A DNA stretch of 64,000 nucleotides from Eledone cirrhosa (lineage: Eukaryota). The notes beneath the pieces are model-generated. The model had not been told where the DNA came from. It was given only the letters and a program-made list of their open reading frames with translations, and made no database searches. Both the position numbers and the translations under genes were made by a program. The DNA is taken from contig OZ024746.1 in the NCBI GenBank assembly GCA_964016885.1, forward strand, positions 59,024,001 through 59,088,000. The letters run 5' to 3'. Shown piece by piece: positions 42,040-58,050 of the stretch (the first letter of the stretch is position 1; every line of letters starts with the position of its first letter).

Positions 42040-42595
42040 ATACCTTCCTACCAGATGGTTGAACGTCTGAAAGTATATACTTTCCTTATTCATATTAACG
42101 GCTGAGCAGCCTAATTTGCATATCGAGTGAGTTAATTGGCCGAGGTACCGAAAACGATAAACGGAAAAAAATGAAACGAAATTTCATTTCTCACTCTTAG
42201 TACGGCTGTTACTTAAATATAAGTATGTATACGTTTAAATATAAGTATGTATATTGTTTACAAACACACCGAGCATTATAATAAATGTTCGGTGAATCCA
42301 TACGTACATATATATATGTGTGCATGTATGTATATATATGTATATATATATATATATAAATATATACATACTACTGTACGTCTGTATACATATATGTATG
42401 TACGTATACATACTTATATTTAAGTAACAGCCGTACTAAGAGTGAGAAATGAAATTTCGTTTCATTTTTTCCGTTTATCGTTTTCGGTACCCCGGCCAAT
42501 TAACTCACTCGATATGCAAATTAGGCTGCTCAGGCGTTAATATGCATAAGGAAAGTATATACTTTCAGACGTTCAACCATCTGGCAGGAAGGTAT

Positions 42596-42638
42596 ACGTT
42601 GCTGACGATAGCTAATAAGCTTGAAACTAGTACAGCGT
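42596..42638 (+). ncRNA. Minimal type I hammerhead ribozyme
   Basis: acgttg CTGACGA tagc taataa gctt GAAA ctag TA cagcgt. Confidence 0.88.
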
Positions 42639-42795
42639 ACCTTTGTCAGTGTTGAACAAATGAGCAACGATGGTTGCTAGACACTGTACGGCTTAATTCG
42701 GGATGTTTGTTTACAAACACACCGAGCATTATAATAAATGTTCGGTGAATCCATACGTATATATATATATATATATATGTGTGCATGTATGTATA

Positions 42796-42871
<76 letters not shown>

Positions 42872-43014
42872 CTACTGTACGTCTGTATACATATATGTAT
42901 GTACGTATACATACTTATATTTAAGTAACAACCGTACTAAGAGTGAGAAATGAAATTTCGTTTCATTTTTTCCGTATATCTATATATATATATATATATA
43001 TATATACATACATA

Positions 43015-43170
43015 TATTTAAGAAAAGGTAAAGAATGACTTCACTTCTAGTTCTAAGCAGTTTTATTTTATTTTATATTATTATTTGGTACCAAATAATA
43101 ATATAAAATAAATATTAAATCAAATTGTTTAGAACTACAAGTGAAGACATTCTTTTCCTTTTTTCTAAAT
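43015..43170. repeat. Spacerless fold-back centred on ggtacc
   Basis: Diverged inverted arms around 43087-43092. Confidence 0.85.
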
Positions 43171-43304
43171 ATACCAAACTGTACCAAGGATTTCATATAT
43201 TTTGCAAAAGATGTCAACATGAATGAACCTGTTATTTTTATCTAAAGACATTTTTTCCAATTCCATCCCGCCCGTCCCCGCAATCTATTTTATTTCTCAT
43301 TCTT

Positions 43305-43340
43305 TCTTCTGATGAAGGACTAGCGTCCGAAACGTTAAGA
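43305..43340 (+). ncRNA. Minimal PLE-type hammerhead ribozyme
   Basis: tctt CTGATGA a ggac tagc gtcc GAAA cg TT aaga, with palindromic aacgtt. A truncated relative lies at 49275-49290. Confidence 0.8.
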
Positions 43341-43437
43341 CCCTCTTCCTTCTATATCAAGCGTTAACCTAATATATACCTTCCATATACTGTACCGATT
43401 GTGATGTTATTTCTGTTTACCTTTTACATATATATAT

Positions 43438-44193
<756 letters not shown>

Positions 44194-44769
44194 ACATTAT
44201 CTGTAGATGTGAAAAGGAAAAAGGAAAACAGTGCTCAACCGGTAAGAGGGGAGAATATCATTATATTATTTATTTATGTTCATACACGGAACAAACGAGC
44301 TACCCATGGTTTCATGGTCCAAATTTTACCATCCCTCCAGTAAATAAGAAGCATTAAAATAGTAATCTTTCTTCAGGCACTAATACGAGTTTATAAGATA
44401 CAGTTAATAGTAAATATTGCTAAGACTCATGTTTACGAAAGATAACGTCAAAATATAAGTAGAAATAATTCCAAGATGTAAATATGAATCATGAGATCAA
44501 CCACATGTTTGCGTTCGTATACTATAGCAAAAGTATTTATATCAAATCCTTTGTGTACGAGGCAGATATTATACACAAGACTGGGAAGTCCCTAATACTG
44601 GGAAAGTTATTTTGTTTAAATTTTACATTGTTTTCCATGTTTTGGTTCCAAACGATTTTACTCACCAACACCCACACTATAAGGTACTGCAGTGCCATGT
44701 GCCAACTTGTGTCATCTTTAACGTTTTCTTAATGTGAGCCCTGCAAGGTTAATAAAGTAATCATTATTA

Positions 44770-45330
44770 TTAGGGCGGTGGATTGGCAGTATCGGTAGAG
44801 AGTCGGACACCATGCTTTGCAGCATAGAGTTACGGCCCTTTACGGTCTTAGTTCAATTACCACCGAGGTTAACTTTGCCTTTCATTCTTACGGGGTCGAT
44901 AAAATAAAGAACCAGTCACACACTGGAGTCGGTTTAATCGACTCCCCCCTAAACTACTGGCCTTGTGCCTATATAAGAAACCATTATTATTATCTTTGGT
45001 TAACTTTGCCTTTCATCCTTACGGGGTCGATAAAATAAAGTACCAGTAATATACTGGGTAATTGCTGGCCTTGTGCCTAAAGTAGAAACAATTATTATCT
45101 TTATCAAGGGTGGTGGATTGTTATAATCAGTAGAGCGGACAATATGCTTTGAAGCATAGAATTACGACCATTTGCGCTTTTACTTCAAATCCCACCAAGG
45201 TTAGCTTTACCTTCCACCTTTATGGGGTCGATAAAATAAAGTACCAGTAATACACCGAGTTCGATTTAATCGACTTTCCCCTCTTCTTCAAATTGTAGGC
45301 CTTATGGAAAAAGTAGAAACAATTATATTT
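44770..45330 (+). mobile_element. Chain of three SINE copies
   Basis: Full, truncated and full units head-to-tail. Confidence 0.9.
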
Positions 45331-45460
45331 ATGAGTAGATGTATATATGTACTTAATATTTATTTATCTACACACACGCATACACACACACACATACACA
45401 CATATATACATATACATATATTATATATATATACACACATATATGTATACATATAGAAAG

Positions 45461-45527
<67 letters not shown>

Positions 45528-45696
45528 TATAATATATACATATATCTAGATATATAATTATATATACATATTATATTTATTATATTATATATACATATAT
45601 ATATATATTTTTTTTTTTTTTCTTTTCAGCCATTCGTAAACAATTCTCAATTTTCAATATGTCTAGGCCGCTCACTCTTGAAGAGAGAAAAATAAT

Positions 45697-45741
45697 TGTT
45701 TCTACTTTAGGCACAAGGCCAGCAATTACCCAATGCATTAC
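45697..45741 (-). mobile_element. Very short 5'-truncated SINE with 18-bp TSD
   Basis: tgaagagagaaaaataat at 45679-45696 and 45742-45759. Confidence 0.85.
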
Positions 45742-46039
45742 TGAAGAGAGAAAAATAATAACAGTAGGAAATGATTATAGGTAATCTAGACAGTAACAAA
45801 GAGGATTCACCCAAGTCTAAAGTAATAAGACAGACTCTACATATCTACTGGATGATGCAGTTTTGATATATACACCAGTCTTTCAATGGGTCTATTGCAG
45901 TTCTAGAATCTTGTAGCATAACGAACAAGATAACTCGTCAAGTGAATAGGTTCATTGTGGACATAGAATTATAAAGGAAAATATATATAAATATATATGT
46001 CTGTGTGTGCGTATATGTATATATATATATATATATATA

Positions 46040-46265
46040 TGTAACGAAGGAAATGTGGTACGGAACCAGATGGACCATAACGCACCAAAGTACTCAATAC
46101 TTAGGGTAGTAGAGTGGGTAATAGGAACGAGTAGGACCCCGACGACTGAGCTCAAGCCGTTTCGACGGCTAATTCTGGACTAAAAAAAATAATAAAATAA
46201 TTTTTTTTTTTAGTCCAGACTTAGCCGTCGAAACGGCTTGAGCTCAGCCGTCGGGGTCCTACTCG

Positions 46266-46271
<6 letters not shown>
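46040..46271 (-). mobile_element. PLE-like insert with fold-back (GUC family)
   Basis: Hairpin 46124-46271 with an A/T-run spacer. Nearly identical to 19748-19963. Confidence 0.75.
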
Positions 46272-46353
<82 letters not shown>

Positions 46354-46705
46354 TAAATTATCGAGAATCGCATTTCGGCCCACGAAATAACAAAAAACAG
46401 CCTCCGAGATGTGTGGCAAGTGCTCAATGATTCAGATGAAGCAGAGCTATTACAAACGTTAAAGGCCAAACACACTGAGACGATGGTTAAACAATCATTC
46501 GCATAGCCCAAAAAACGATCAAGTAATTCGGGTCAAACAAATAAAAAATATCTGTGATTGAAAATTTACCCGGACCCCTGGAAGGTTGGTAAAATCCAGC
46601 ATTTGGGTTTCTGGGGCTCCTAAATCAAGTAGTATATATATAAACACGTATAAAAGAACAGACACAGACAGACACATATATATACATACATATATATATA
46701 TAAAC

Positions 46706-46770
<65 letters not shown>

Positions 46771-47177
46771 GAGAGAGAAAGAGATATATATATATATATA
46801 TGTACATATATATATTTATATAAATATATATATATTAAACATATATGCATACATACGTGTGTATAAATGTATATAAAATTTTAATCACAATTATTCAGTC
46901 CATTTATCAATATATATTTATTGTCGCTTTGTTTTCATTTAACACCCTTATCGTTGATATTGATATGTATATATGTATATGTATATAAATATACATATAT
47001 ATATGTGTGTGTGTGTGTATGCGTGTTTGTGTGTGTCTTTGTGTGTATGTGTGTGTGTTTCTATGTGTGTCTGTGTGTGTCTGTGCGTGCACAGCACATA
47101 GTTAAGTATATATGATTGCATAGATATATATGTGTGTATGTATACATATATATCTATACACCCACATATCCACACAT

Positions 47178-47295
<118 letters not shown>

Positions 47296-47311
47296 TATAT
47301 ATATTTATATT

Positions 47312-47345
<34 letters not shown>

Positions 47346-47363
47346 TATATATAAATATATATT

Positions 47364-47477
<114 letters not shown>

Positions 47478-47509
47478 CATATATATATACATATATATAT
47501 ATATATTTA

Positions 47510-47606
<97 letters not shown>

Positions 47607-47862
47607 TAAGTGCATACTTATACATTCTTAGTGTTATTAAATTCTTCTCATTCAACGTTAGAAAGTTTGACATTCTGATAATTGAGGAAGTAACAACAAG
47701 TGGCTAAAATGAAAGGATAGTATTACACGAATGATTTAGTTATTGTAATTTTAAAATATATTAAAATAAAACAACATATGTGTGTGTATGCGTGTGTGTC
47801 TTTGTGGGTGTTTGTGATTTCGTATGTAAGTATGTATGCATGTATATATATATATACATATA

Positions 47863-47895
<33 letters not shown>

Positions 47896-47900
47896 CTGTA

Positions 47901-47933
<33 letters not shown>

Positions 47934-47983
47934 GTGTATTTTTATATATGTATATTTATATTTATATAAATATATATATATAC

Positions 47984-48132
<149 letters not shown>

Positions 48133-48569
48133 GAGAGAGAGAGAGATCAACAGAGATTCTCTCTAGGTCATCTGTTTTTAATGAAAAACTACAGTGAAAG
48201 AGCATACATCAACCCATAACAAGTAGAAATTAAAAGAGTTTCATTTTCCAATAAGCAACAAAGCTCTATACAGAACACTAGAGGAAACAAGAAGAACAAC
48301 AATTTCAATAACAAAAGTACCAACAGCAACTTTAACAACGACAACAACGAGATCAATATCAATAATATCGTTAACAACAACAACAAAAACAAGAACAGCA
48401 ACGGCAATGACAAAGGAACAAACAGATAAAGTTAAGTGATGTATGGTAGTCTGTTAGTATGATGCAGTACAATCACCGTATTGCTGGAAGTGTTGAATTA
48501 ACGTTATTGAATCGCTTTGTGGCGAACAACTTCAAAATGGTTGGCCTTGTGGAGAACCTATTATTATGG

Positions 48570-48885
48570 GGGTAGTATCGGTAGAGGGTCGGGCGCCATG
48601 GTTTGCAGCATAGAGTTATGGCCCTTTGCGGTCTGAGTTCAAATCCCGCCGAGGTTAATTTTGCCTTTCATCCTTATGAGGTCGATGAAATAAAGTACCA
48701 GTAATGCACTGAGATAATTGCTGTCCTTGTGCCAAAAGTAGAAACAATTATTATTGGTAAGGTGGCAAATTTTGTAGAGTCGTTGTAACGTAATATAGAT
48801 GAGTGGGTTTCGCCTGTCTCTGCTTTGAGTTAAAATCACGCCAAGGTCAAATTCGCCCTACATCATTTCCAGGGTGATAAACTTA
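48570..48885 (+). mobile_element. SINE plus diverged SINE
   Basis: Consensus match. Confidence 0.8.
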
Positions 48886-48889
48886 GTTC

Positions 48890-49072
48890 AATAATTGTTT
48901 CTACTTTAGGCACAAGGCCAGCAATTACCCAGTGCGTTACTGGTACTTTATTTCATCGACCCCGTAAGGATGAAAGCAAAGTCAACCTCGGCGGGATTTG
49001 AACTCAGATCGTAAAGGGACGTAACTATGCTGGAAAGCATAACGTCCGACCCTCTACCGATACTGCCAATCC
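48890..49072 (-). mobile_element. SINE with 10-bp TSD
   Basis: gttcaataat at 48886-48895 and 49073-49082. Confidence 0.9.
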
Positions 49073-49296
49073 GTTCAATAATGGGATCCATTTTACCTGC
49101 ATATATATTTCTTATTCTTTCGCTCCTTCTCCCTCTCTCGCTCTCTCTCTCTCTATATATATATATATATGTATAAGAGATTTCAACATGAATGGACCAG
49201 TTATTTTTATCTAACGATATTTTTTCCAATTCCATCTCGCTCGACCCTTTAATCTATCTTATTTCTAAATTATTTTTTCTGATGAAGGACATAATA

Positions 49297-49404
<108 letters not shown>

Positions 49405-49592
49405 AATATAATTTCAGCGAGATCGTATTTCGGCGGTGGCCAAAACAAGACGAAACGCAATCTTCGAGATATGCCGACAAGCGCTCAATGGACTAAGAAG
49501 AAAATGTGTTATAAAGGACAGATCAAATGAAAACAGTGGTTGTGAAGTCAACAAGCCACGTTAGCCGAAAAAACGAACAAGCTAAACAGATT

Positions 49593-49809
<217 letters not shown>

Positions 49810-49857
49810 CATATATATATATATTTATATATATATATATATATATATACATATATG

Positions 49858-49911
<54 letters not shown>

Positions 49912-50074
49912 GAGAGTGGAGGCCCGACGGCTGAACTCTTGCCGTTTCGACACCAAATTCCAGGGAACTGCCACTACAGCCAGGAGTTTGACCAACAAGA
50001 CAAATACGGTGTAATGGCCTTACTGGTTTCAAAATCGGTAAAATCCCGATCTCTCTCTCTATATATATATATGA

Positions 50075-50290
50075 CAGTCGATTGACTTTCGTCAAATCGG
50101 ACCGAGGAAAAAATGATTCCATGATCCATTGTTCTTTCCAATTACTAATACTATGTATCGGTCCCAAATCCAGGTAGAAGGAGCAACGTGAAATAAAGTG
50201 TCTTGTCCAAGGGCATAACGCATCGCCCGGTCCAGGAATCGAACTCACAACCTCACGATTGAGAGTTCAATTCTCTAACCTCGCCTTCAC
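50075..50290 (-). mobile_element. Second SINE family copy
   Basis: Reverse complement of 1910-2120. Confidence 0.75.
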
Positions 50291-50375
50291 ATATATATAT
50301 ATATATATTTCCCATTTCCTTAACATGTTCAACATCACATTATTTTCTCTACAACATTTTATACCAATACAAATT

Positions 50376-50418
50376 CCCCTCTTTGATAATGCATAAAATG
50401 CTGAAACCGGTAATAGAC
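50376..50418 (+). ncRNA. Hammerhead ribozyme, U3-A8 variant core (UUGAUAA)
   Basis: cctct TTGATAA t gcat aaa atgc t GAAA ccgg TA atagac. Stem I is imperfect. Confidence 0.6.
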
Positions 50419-50651
50419 AATTATTAAATATATAAATAAATAAATGCCATTGTTAATTAATAAATAAATTAACTAATACCTTAACACTTCACACAAAGTA
50501 AAATATTTTGTTTTAAACATTTTCTAACCCAGAAAAAAGAAAAAAAAGAAAAGGAAAAACAATTTTTTTCTTCCTAATAATCGTCTTTTTCTCCCTATTT
50601 ACATATATATATATATATATTCTAACTCGTGTGCTCCTTCTCCACATTTTA

Positions 50652-50807
<156 letters not shown>

Positions 50808-50943
50808 TTTAGGTCTATTATATTCCTTTGTAAAATATTCGAATACCGGATGTGACCGGATTCATACTGAACCCTGTCATTGAAATGTTCATAGTATAAT
50901 AAACCTTTAAGGAATTAAACCTGTCCAGCCTCCTGTTATTTTA

Positions 50944-50987
<44 letters not shown>

Positions 50988-51037
50988 TATTTGATCCGTG
51001 TATGAACATAAATAAATAATATAATTATATGTATACT

Positions 51038-51075
<38 letters not shown>

Positions 51076-51089
51076 AATATAATATATAA

Positions 51090-51343
51090 TATATAAGATC
51101 AAAAGATGGTTAAATGAGTTCCATGTATTTTATTATGCGCATTTCAAAAACAAATATCATCATGCAATAACGTTGTTATTGCATGATGATCTTTGTTTTT
51201 GAAATGCGCATAATAAAATACATGGAACTCATTTAACCATCTTTTGATCTTATATATTATGTATACTCCAGTTCTACAAATTGTAGAGTGCTTCTTATCC
51301 GATATCTGCATTGCTTTATTGTACTGCAATAAAACTCACCTCC

Positions 51344-51345
<2 letters not shown>
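51090..51345. mobile_element. Fold-back of the 21640-21835 HHR family, broken inside stem II
   Basis: Hairpin 51090-51255 centred at ~51173. Each arm keeps GAAA tgcgca TA ataaaata but not CTGATGA. Confidence 0.8.
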
Positions 51346-51417
<72 letters not shown>

Positions 51418-51539
51418 TATATATTTACACACATATATATATATTACACCTCTATTCTTTTAAATATATATATATATATATATATATACAGATATATATA
51501 CATACATATATATATATATTTACACATATATATATACTC

Positions 51540-51650
<111 letters not shown>

Positions 51651-51847
51651 CACATATATATATACTCATATATATATATACACATATATATATATATATA
51701 TATACTCATATATATATATATATATATATACCATTTAACCTTGACTGTATGGCCAAAACGTCTTAGATAGATAGATATATATAGATATATAGATAGATTG
51801 ATTGATATTTTAACACCATCAACAGACTAATGCAATAACATTATTTC

Positions 51848-52252
51848 ATGGCAGTATCGGTAGAGGGTTGGACGCCATGCTTTCCAGCATAGTTACGTCC
51901 CTTTACGATCTGAGTTCAAATCCCGCCGAGGTTGACTTTGCCTTTCATCCTTAAGGGGTCGATAAAATAAAGTACCAGTAATGCACTGGGTAATTTGCTG
52001 GCCTTGTGCCTTATGTAGAAACAATTATTTCATGGCAGTATCGGTAGAGGGTCAGACATGCTTTCCAACATAGTTACGTCCGTTTACGATCGGACACCAT
52101 GATTTGTGGCATAGAGTTATGACCCTTTACGTTCTGAGTTCAAATCCCGCCGAAGTTAACGTTGCCTTTCATCCTTACGAGGTCGATAAAATAAAGTACC
52201 AGTAATGTACTGCGTAATTGCTGGACTTTTGCCAAAAGTAGAAACAATTATT
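51848..52252 (+). mobile_element. Tandem SINE copies
   Basis: Two cores plus a duplicated head. Confidence 0.9.
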
Positions 52253-52474
52253 TCAGCAACATTTAAAGTCATAGGAATATTTATATAAAAGAGGGAGGAG
52301 GGAGATCTGCGAACACAAATATTAGCCCAGTTATAGATTGTTCCATTATTTTGCCTAAGGGGTGTGTACAAATGTCTAGGTTATTTCATATTTATCTCTC
52401 TTATTTATCTCTATCTCTTCCTATACATATATCTATATATATAAGAAGCGATAGACATAAATATATAGATAGAC

Positions 52475-52539
<65 letters not shown>

Positions 52540-52541
<2 letters not shown>

Positions 52542-53562
52542 TGTTCCTCGTGAGGAGGTTGTATCTCAGCTTCTTCGGGAGCTTCCGCCGGTCGCAGATG
52601 TTGGTCCAGGCGGCGTTGATGTGCTCCTCTATCTGCGCGGGAGTGATTCCCGTGACCTTGGAGTAGAAGTTGTCATCGTCAAGGTGTTGGAGGGCCAGGG
52701 TGTTGTAGGCCTCTCTGCTGATGACGCAGAATTCTTTTCCCTTGTCGGAGGGGAGATAGATGAGATTCTTCGATTTCGGGTTGGAGAGAGTGGTGAGTTG
52801 AGATTTGGTGAGGTTGTGTGTTGTGCGTGTGTGTGTTTGTGAAGTATATCCGAGATGGAGTGTTTTAGCCTGATGAGTTTAATGTCGAGTTCGTGGTTGG
52901 TGGGTGGTGGGTGGAGGGTGTTGTCGGGGTGGTAAGTGGGGAACTTGGGGTGGGTTGCGTGGGCGTTGTTATTTTCCGTGGCGATGTTGATGGCGGTCAC
53001 CCATTTAAGTTGGTAGGCGGCTCGACAGAAGTTGGCTTCGATGTCGAGTTTGAGTCCGTCGTCGAGTCGTTGTGAGACGATGAACTTGGGTCCGAGGCGT
53101 AGGAGTTTCAGCTCGTCGCTCGTGAGGGTGCCGGTTAGGTCGGTGACCACGTGCGTCGCATCGTTGAGGTGTGGCTCGGTGTTGGTGGATGCGGCGGCGG
53201 CGGCTGTTACATTGTTGTTTTCCACGTGGTTCTGGTCTGTCTGTTTGTTAGTGTCGCTGTTCTCGTTGTGGAGTTTAGACAAGATCCACTCGTTTTTTCT
53301 TCGTATTGGACTCTGGAGTGGTAGCACTGGTCGATTGCTTTAGTGATTTTAAGGAGCAAGTCGCCGGGTATTATTGGCAGTCGATGTGTCCGCTCTGAGA
53401 GTGTCCGCTTATGGATGTGTAATTGGCGGTTGAGATGTCTCAGGATCTGTTTGATACACGTGCGATGTATGCGGTTAGTGGTGTTTTGGAAAGCTGGTGT
53501 ACGTAGGCTTCCTGGTAAGCGGATGTTCCTGATGGTGGTGGGGATGACATCGTCAATCGAAA
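52540..53562 (-). mobile_element. Penelope-like element ORF fragment (N-terminal region to the DKG motif of RT), two frameshifts
   Basis: VVTDLTGTLTSDELKLLRLGPKF, then in the next frame NLTKSQLTTL..LIYLPSDKGKEFCVISREAY..QHLDDDNFYSKV. GC-rich and bounded by (TA)n on both sides. Confidence 0.85.
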
Positions 53563-53979
53563 ATATATATATATATATCAATAATTATACTCACTCGTTT
53601 GGTGTCTATGTATCATGCAAATAAATCGATCCAGTATTACACTACCCATAAATAAATCTAATCAGATAGAAACAACTTAAGTAATGGGGAGGTAACTGTT
53701 GCTAGAACACAAAAAATACAAAACATTAACAGATGAAAAACAACTATAACAGCAACAACAAAAACATTGTCAATTACAACAGCACAAACAACAACAACAT
53801 AAATTACAAGAAAAGTGATTTTATGTGAAAAATTTCTGTTTAGAATTAATCGCTGTTTTATTACCTTCATAGAAATCTGACTATTAAACAGTGTCTTGTT
53901 ACTTGAGGTGAGTACGATAAGTGTTGAATGGTTGATTTCACTGGTCTTTATATGTATATATGTATATATATGTGTTTTG

Positions 53980-54014
<35 letters not shown>

Positions 54015-54055
54015 ATATATATATATGCGTATATATACATGTATATATGTATATA

Positions 54056-54190
<135 letters not shown>

Positions 54191-54219
54191 GCGTATATAT
54201 ACATATATATATGTATATA

Positions 54220-54269
<50 letters not shown>

Positions 54270-54434
54270 TATATATACATATATATATAAATATATATAT
54301 ATGTATATATATGTATATACGTATATCCATAATAATACATATATATATACACCCACATATTGTTACCCCTACACTTACACACACATATATATACATATAT
54401 ATATAAATATACATACATATATAAATATATGTAT

Positions 54435-54493
<59 letters not shown>

Positions 54494-54509
54494 AATATAT
54501 ATATATATA

Positions 54510-54540
<31 letters not shown>

Positions 54541-54593
54541 GTGTATGTATATATATATATATAAGTATATACATATATATGTGTACATATATA

Positions 54594-54673
<80 letters not shown>

Positions 54674-54891
54674 GTATATATAGATGTATATATATATATA
54701 TATATATGTGTGCGTGTGTGTGTGTGTAATTGTAGGGGTGACTATATGTGGGGGTGTATTTGTGCGTAAAACACAAAAACTATTAAATTCACTTTAGAGT
54801 TATCATTTATTTCTTCTCGCAATATTTGCGTCCTGATCACTGACTCAGTGCAATTGTAGTATATATATATATATGAGTGTTTGTGTGAGAG

Positions 54892-54978
<87 letters not shown>

Positions 54979-55077
54979 ATATATATATATATAACCCCCC
55001 CTCACTCTCAAGAGCGTGAACCTAATAGACCTTTGTTTGTACTGCCTCTCTGTTTTTGTTCCCGTCCAAGTTTTCAG

Positions 55078-55108
<31 letters not shown>

Positions 55109-55121
55109 TTGTGCGCGTGTG

Positions 55122-55231
<110 letters not shown>

Positions 55232-55907
55232 TATATACATATATATATACAAAAAGACAGAGGAGAGAGAGGGAAAGAGGGAGAAATAAAAAAGAAATGA
55301 GTAGAGGGATAGATAAAAAGATATGCGTATGCGTACATATACACAAATACGTATACATGTGTATATACATACATGTGTGTATATACAGCATATACTTGAA
55401 TGTATGTAAAATTATATATATCTATATTTTATAGGTTTGTGCATAGTAAAATCTATTACTAAACAATTGTTCTCTCATGTATTATCATATGCATTCATTC
55501 ATACATGTTATGATATACCATGATATATATGTATAAAATTAAACACATCTGTCATTTTCCTCATGTTCTCTCTTACTCCCACTACAAATCCCCCCCCCCC
55601 TCTCAATCTCTCAATCTCTCTCACCCTTCCTCAGTCTCCGTCTGTGTCGCCTTGGCTTTCTCTAATTTTCTTGTTTTACTATATGTCTATAAAAAGAAAG
55701 CCGGAGTTGAGAGTGAGAGGTAGAAGCGAAGATTGTGGTGTAACCAGATATATGATCAGTATAATAATATACATGCCAAGTGTATATATATATATATATA
55801 TACACCCATCTATATATATATCTCGCTATCTCTCTCTCTATATATATCTCTCTATCTCTCTATATCTCTCTCTCTCTCTCTCTCTTCATATTTATTATAT
55901 ATATATA

Positions 55908-56085
55908 TAATTGTTTCTACTTTTTTTATACAAGGCCAGCAAATACCCTGTACATTACTGGTACTTTATTTTATCGACCCCGTAAGGATGAAAGGAAAAG
56001 TTAACCTCGGCGGGATTTGAACTCAGAACGTAAAGGGACGTAACTATGCTGGAAAGCATGTCCGACCCTTTACCGGTACTGCCAA
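55908..56085 (-). mobile_element. tRNA-derived SINE
   Basis: Consensus match. Confidence 0.9.
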
Positions 56086-56149
56086 TACATATAATCAATG
56101 ATGTATATACTCAACACGGGCAGAGGGAGGATGCAGTCTGTAGTTGATT

Positions 56150-57420
56150 ACGACTGCCATCGAGAGAAACCATGGGAGAAGCAGAAGATAGTAGCTATAA
56201 ATATTTGGGGATCTTAGAGCTAGAAGATATTTTGCTCGCAGAAATGAAAGAAAAGGTTAGAGAGTTATATTTAAAAAGAGTAAAAATCAAACCCAACTTC
56301 AATGCAAGAAATCTACTTACTACAATGAATATCTAGGGAGTTGCAATGGTTAGATATAATGCATCCATTCTCAGTTGGACTGAAGAAGAAACATCAAAAT
56401 TAGATAGGAAGACGAGAAAATTAATGATATTGTACGGAACTTTACACCGCAAAGCAAATATTAATAAACTATAGATGAAGAGACAGAATGGTGACAGAGA
56501 CCTCAACGCTGTAGATCATTGTATAAGGAGTGAAAGGAGAAAGATTACATGATATTTGATAAACAGTGAAGATATGGGTATACATGCAGTAGAAATAGTT
56601 GGAAAGGAAGGGCTTAACCAAAAATTAGAAGAGAAAAGAAGAAAAAATCTTCTAGAATGAGAATGCATGGTCAGGCTGAGAGAAATACACAGGATATCAA
56701 AGGTAAAATAACAGCGTGAACATGGCTTAACATTTGAAGTGCCCATTGAAGGCCTTATAGTTGCAGTGTAAGACCAAGACCATGTTACCGATTCGGTGAA
56801 ATATAACATCTCACATCTTGCAACGCAGACACAGTGGAAAGAATGGGCAAAATGTGGCCCACCTGGAGCCTTGTGCAAAAAGAATACAAGTGTCGCCATG
56901 ATAAAGTATATATATACCTTCATTGGATTCTGTATAGTAAATGCCAATATGAAGTCGTACAGAATTGATATTTACATGTGCCTTGTAAAGTAATGCAGGA
57001 GGATGAGAAAGCAACGATATTCTGGGATTATGACTTTCAAACTGATAGAATAATTAAGCATCGCCGACTGTATATCGTCGTGTTGACCAGGAGAATGAAA
57101 TATTGTCAGATCATCGACGAGGCCATACTAAATGACACGAACATTGCGAATAAGGAGATAGAAAATATCAAGTATACTGAATTGAAAGTGGAGCTGGCAA
57201 GACTATTATAGAAATTCAAGAAGGTAATGTGATCGGAGCATTAGTGTTAATCCCATCGAAATTTCAAGACTTCTTAAAGGGACTGGGGGAATACTATACA
57301 GGTTACGTTTCATACAAAAAAGTGGCTTTATTAGATACTGCGCACATGTGTGTGAGGTCCTTGTTGCGACTTGATAGATGACTCCTTTGCATAGTCCATA
57401 TGTAATGTGTGATATAGCGA
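56150..57420 (+). mobile_element. Decayed R4/Dong-like LINE
   Basis: SYKYLGILE, LDRKTRKLM..GTLH.K, LVQKEYKCRHDKV, IFWDYDFQTDRIIKHRR(PD>LY)IVV..IID..IKY.EL. Confidence 0.8.
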
Positions 57421-58050
57421 TAATAGTTTCTTATATGAGCACAATTTGGGGGGAGGGGAAAATCGATTAAATCGACCCCAGTGGGTGACTGGTACTTTAT
57501 TTTATCGACCCGTAAGGATGAAAGGCAAAATTAACCTAAGCGGGATTTGAACTCAGATCATAAAAGGCCGTAACTCTATGCTGTGGAGCATGGCATTCGA
57601 CGACCCTCCACCGATACTGCCAATCCACCGACCTGATAATAATAATAATAATTGTTTCTACTTTAGGCACAATGCCAGCAATTTGAAGGGGAGGGGAAAA
57701 TCGATTAAATCGACTCCAGTGCATTACTGGTGCTTTATTTTATCGACCCCATAAGGATGAAAGGCAAAGTTCACCTCGGAGGGATTTGAACTCAGATCAT
57801 AAAGGGGCGTAACTCTATTCTGCAAAGCATGTTGTCCGACCTTCAACCGATCCTGCCAACCCACCGACCTGATAATAATAATAATAATTGTTTCTACTTT
57901 TGGTATAAGGCCAGCAATTACCCAGTGCATTACTGGTACATTATTTTATCGACCCCGTAAGGATGAAAGGCAAAGTTAACCTCGGGGGATTTGAACTCAG
58001 AATGCCAAGGGCCGTAACTCTATGCGTCAAACCATGGTGTCGGACCCTTA
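57420..58050 (-). mobile_element. Chain of three head-to-tail SINEs
   Basis: Three units joined through (TAA)n tails. Confidence 0.9.

Larger units (their letters stand above)
41775..42977. mobile_element. Retrozyme-like array: one inverted unit followed by ~1.6 direct units of the 419-bp family
   Basis: 41775-42233 is the reverse complement of the unit, and 42255-42977 is a direct tandem. Confidence 0.85.
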
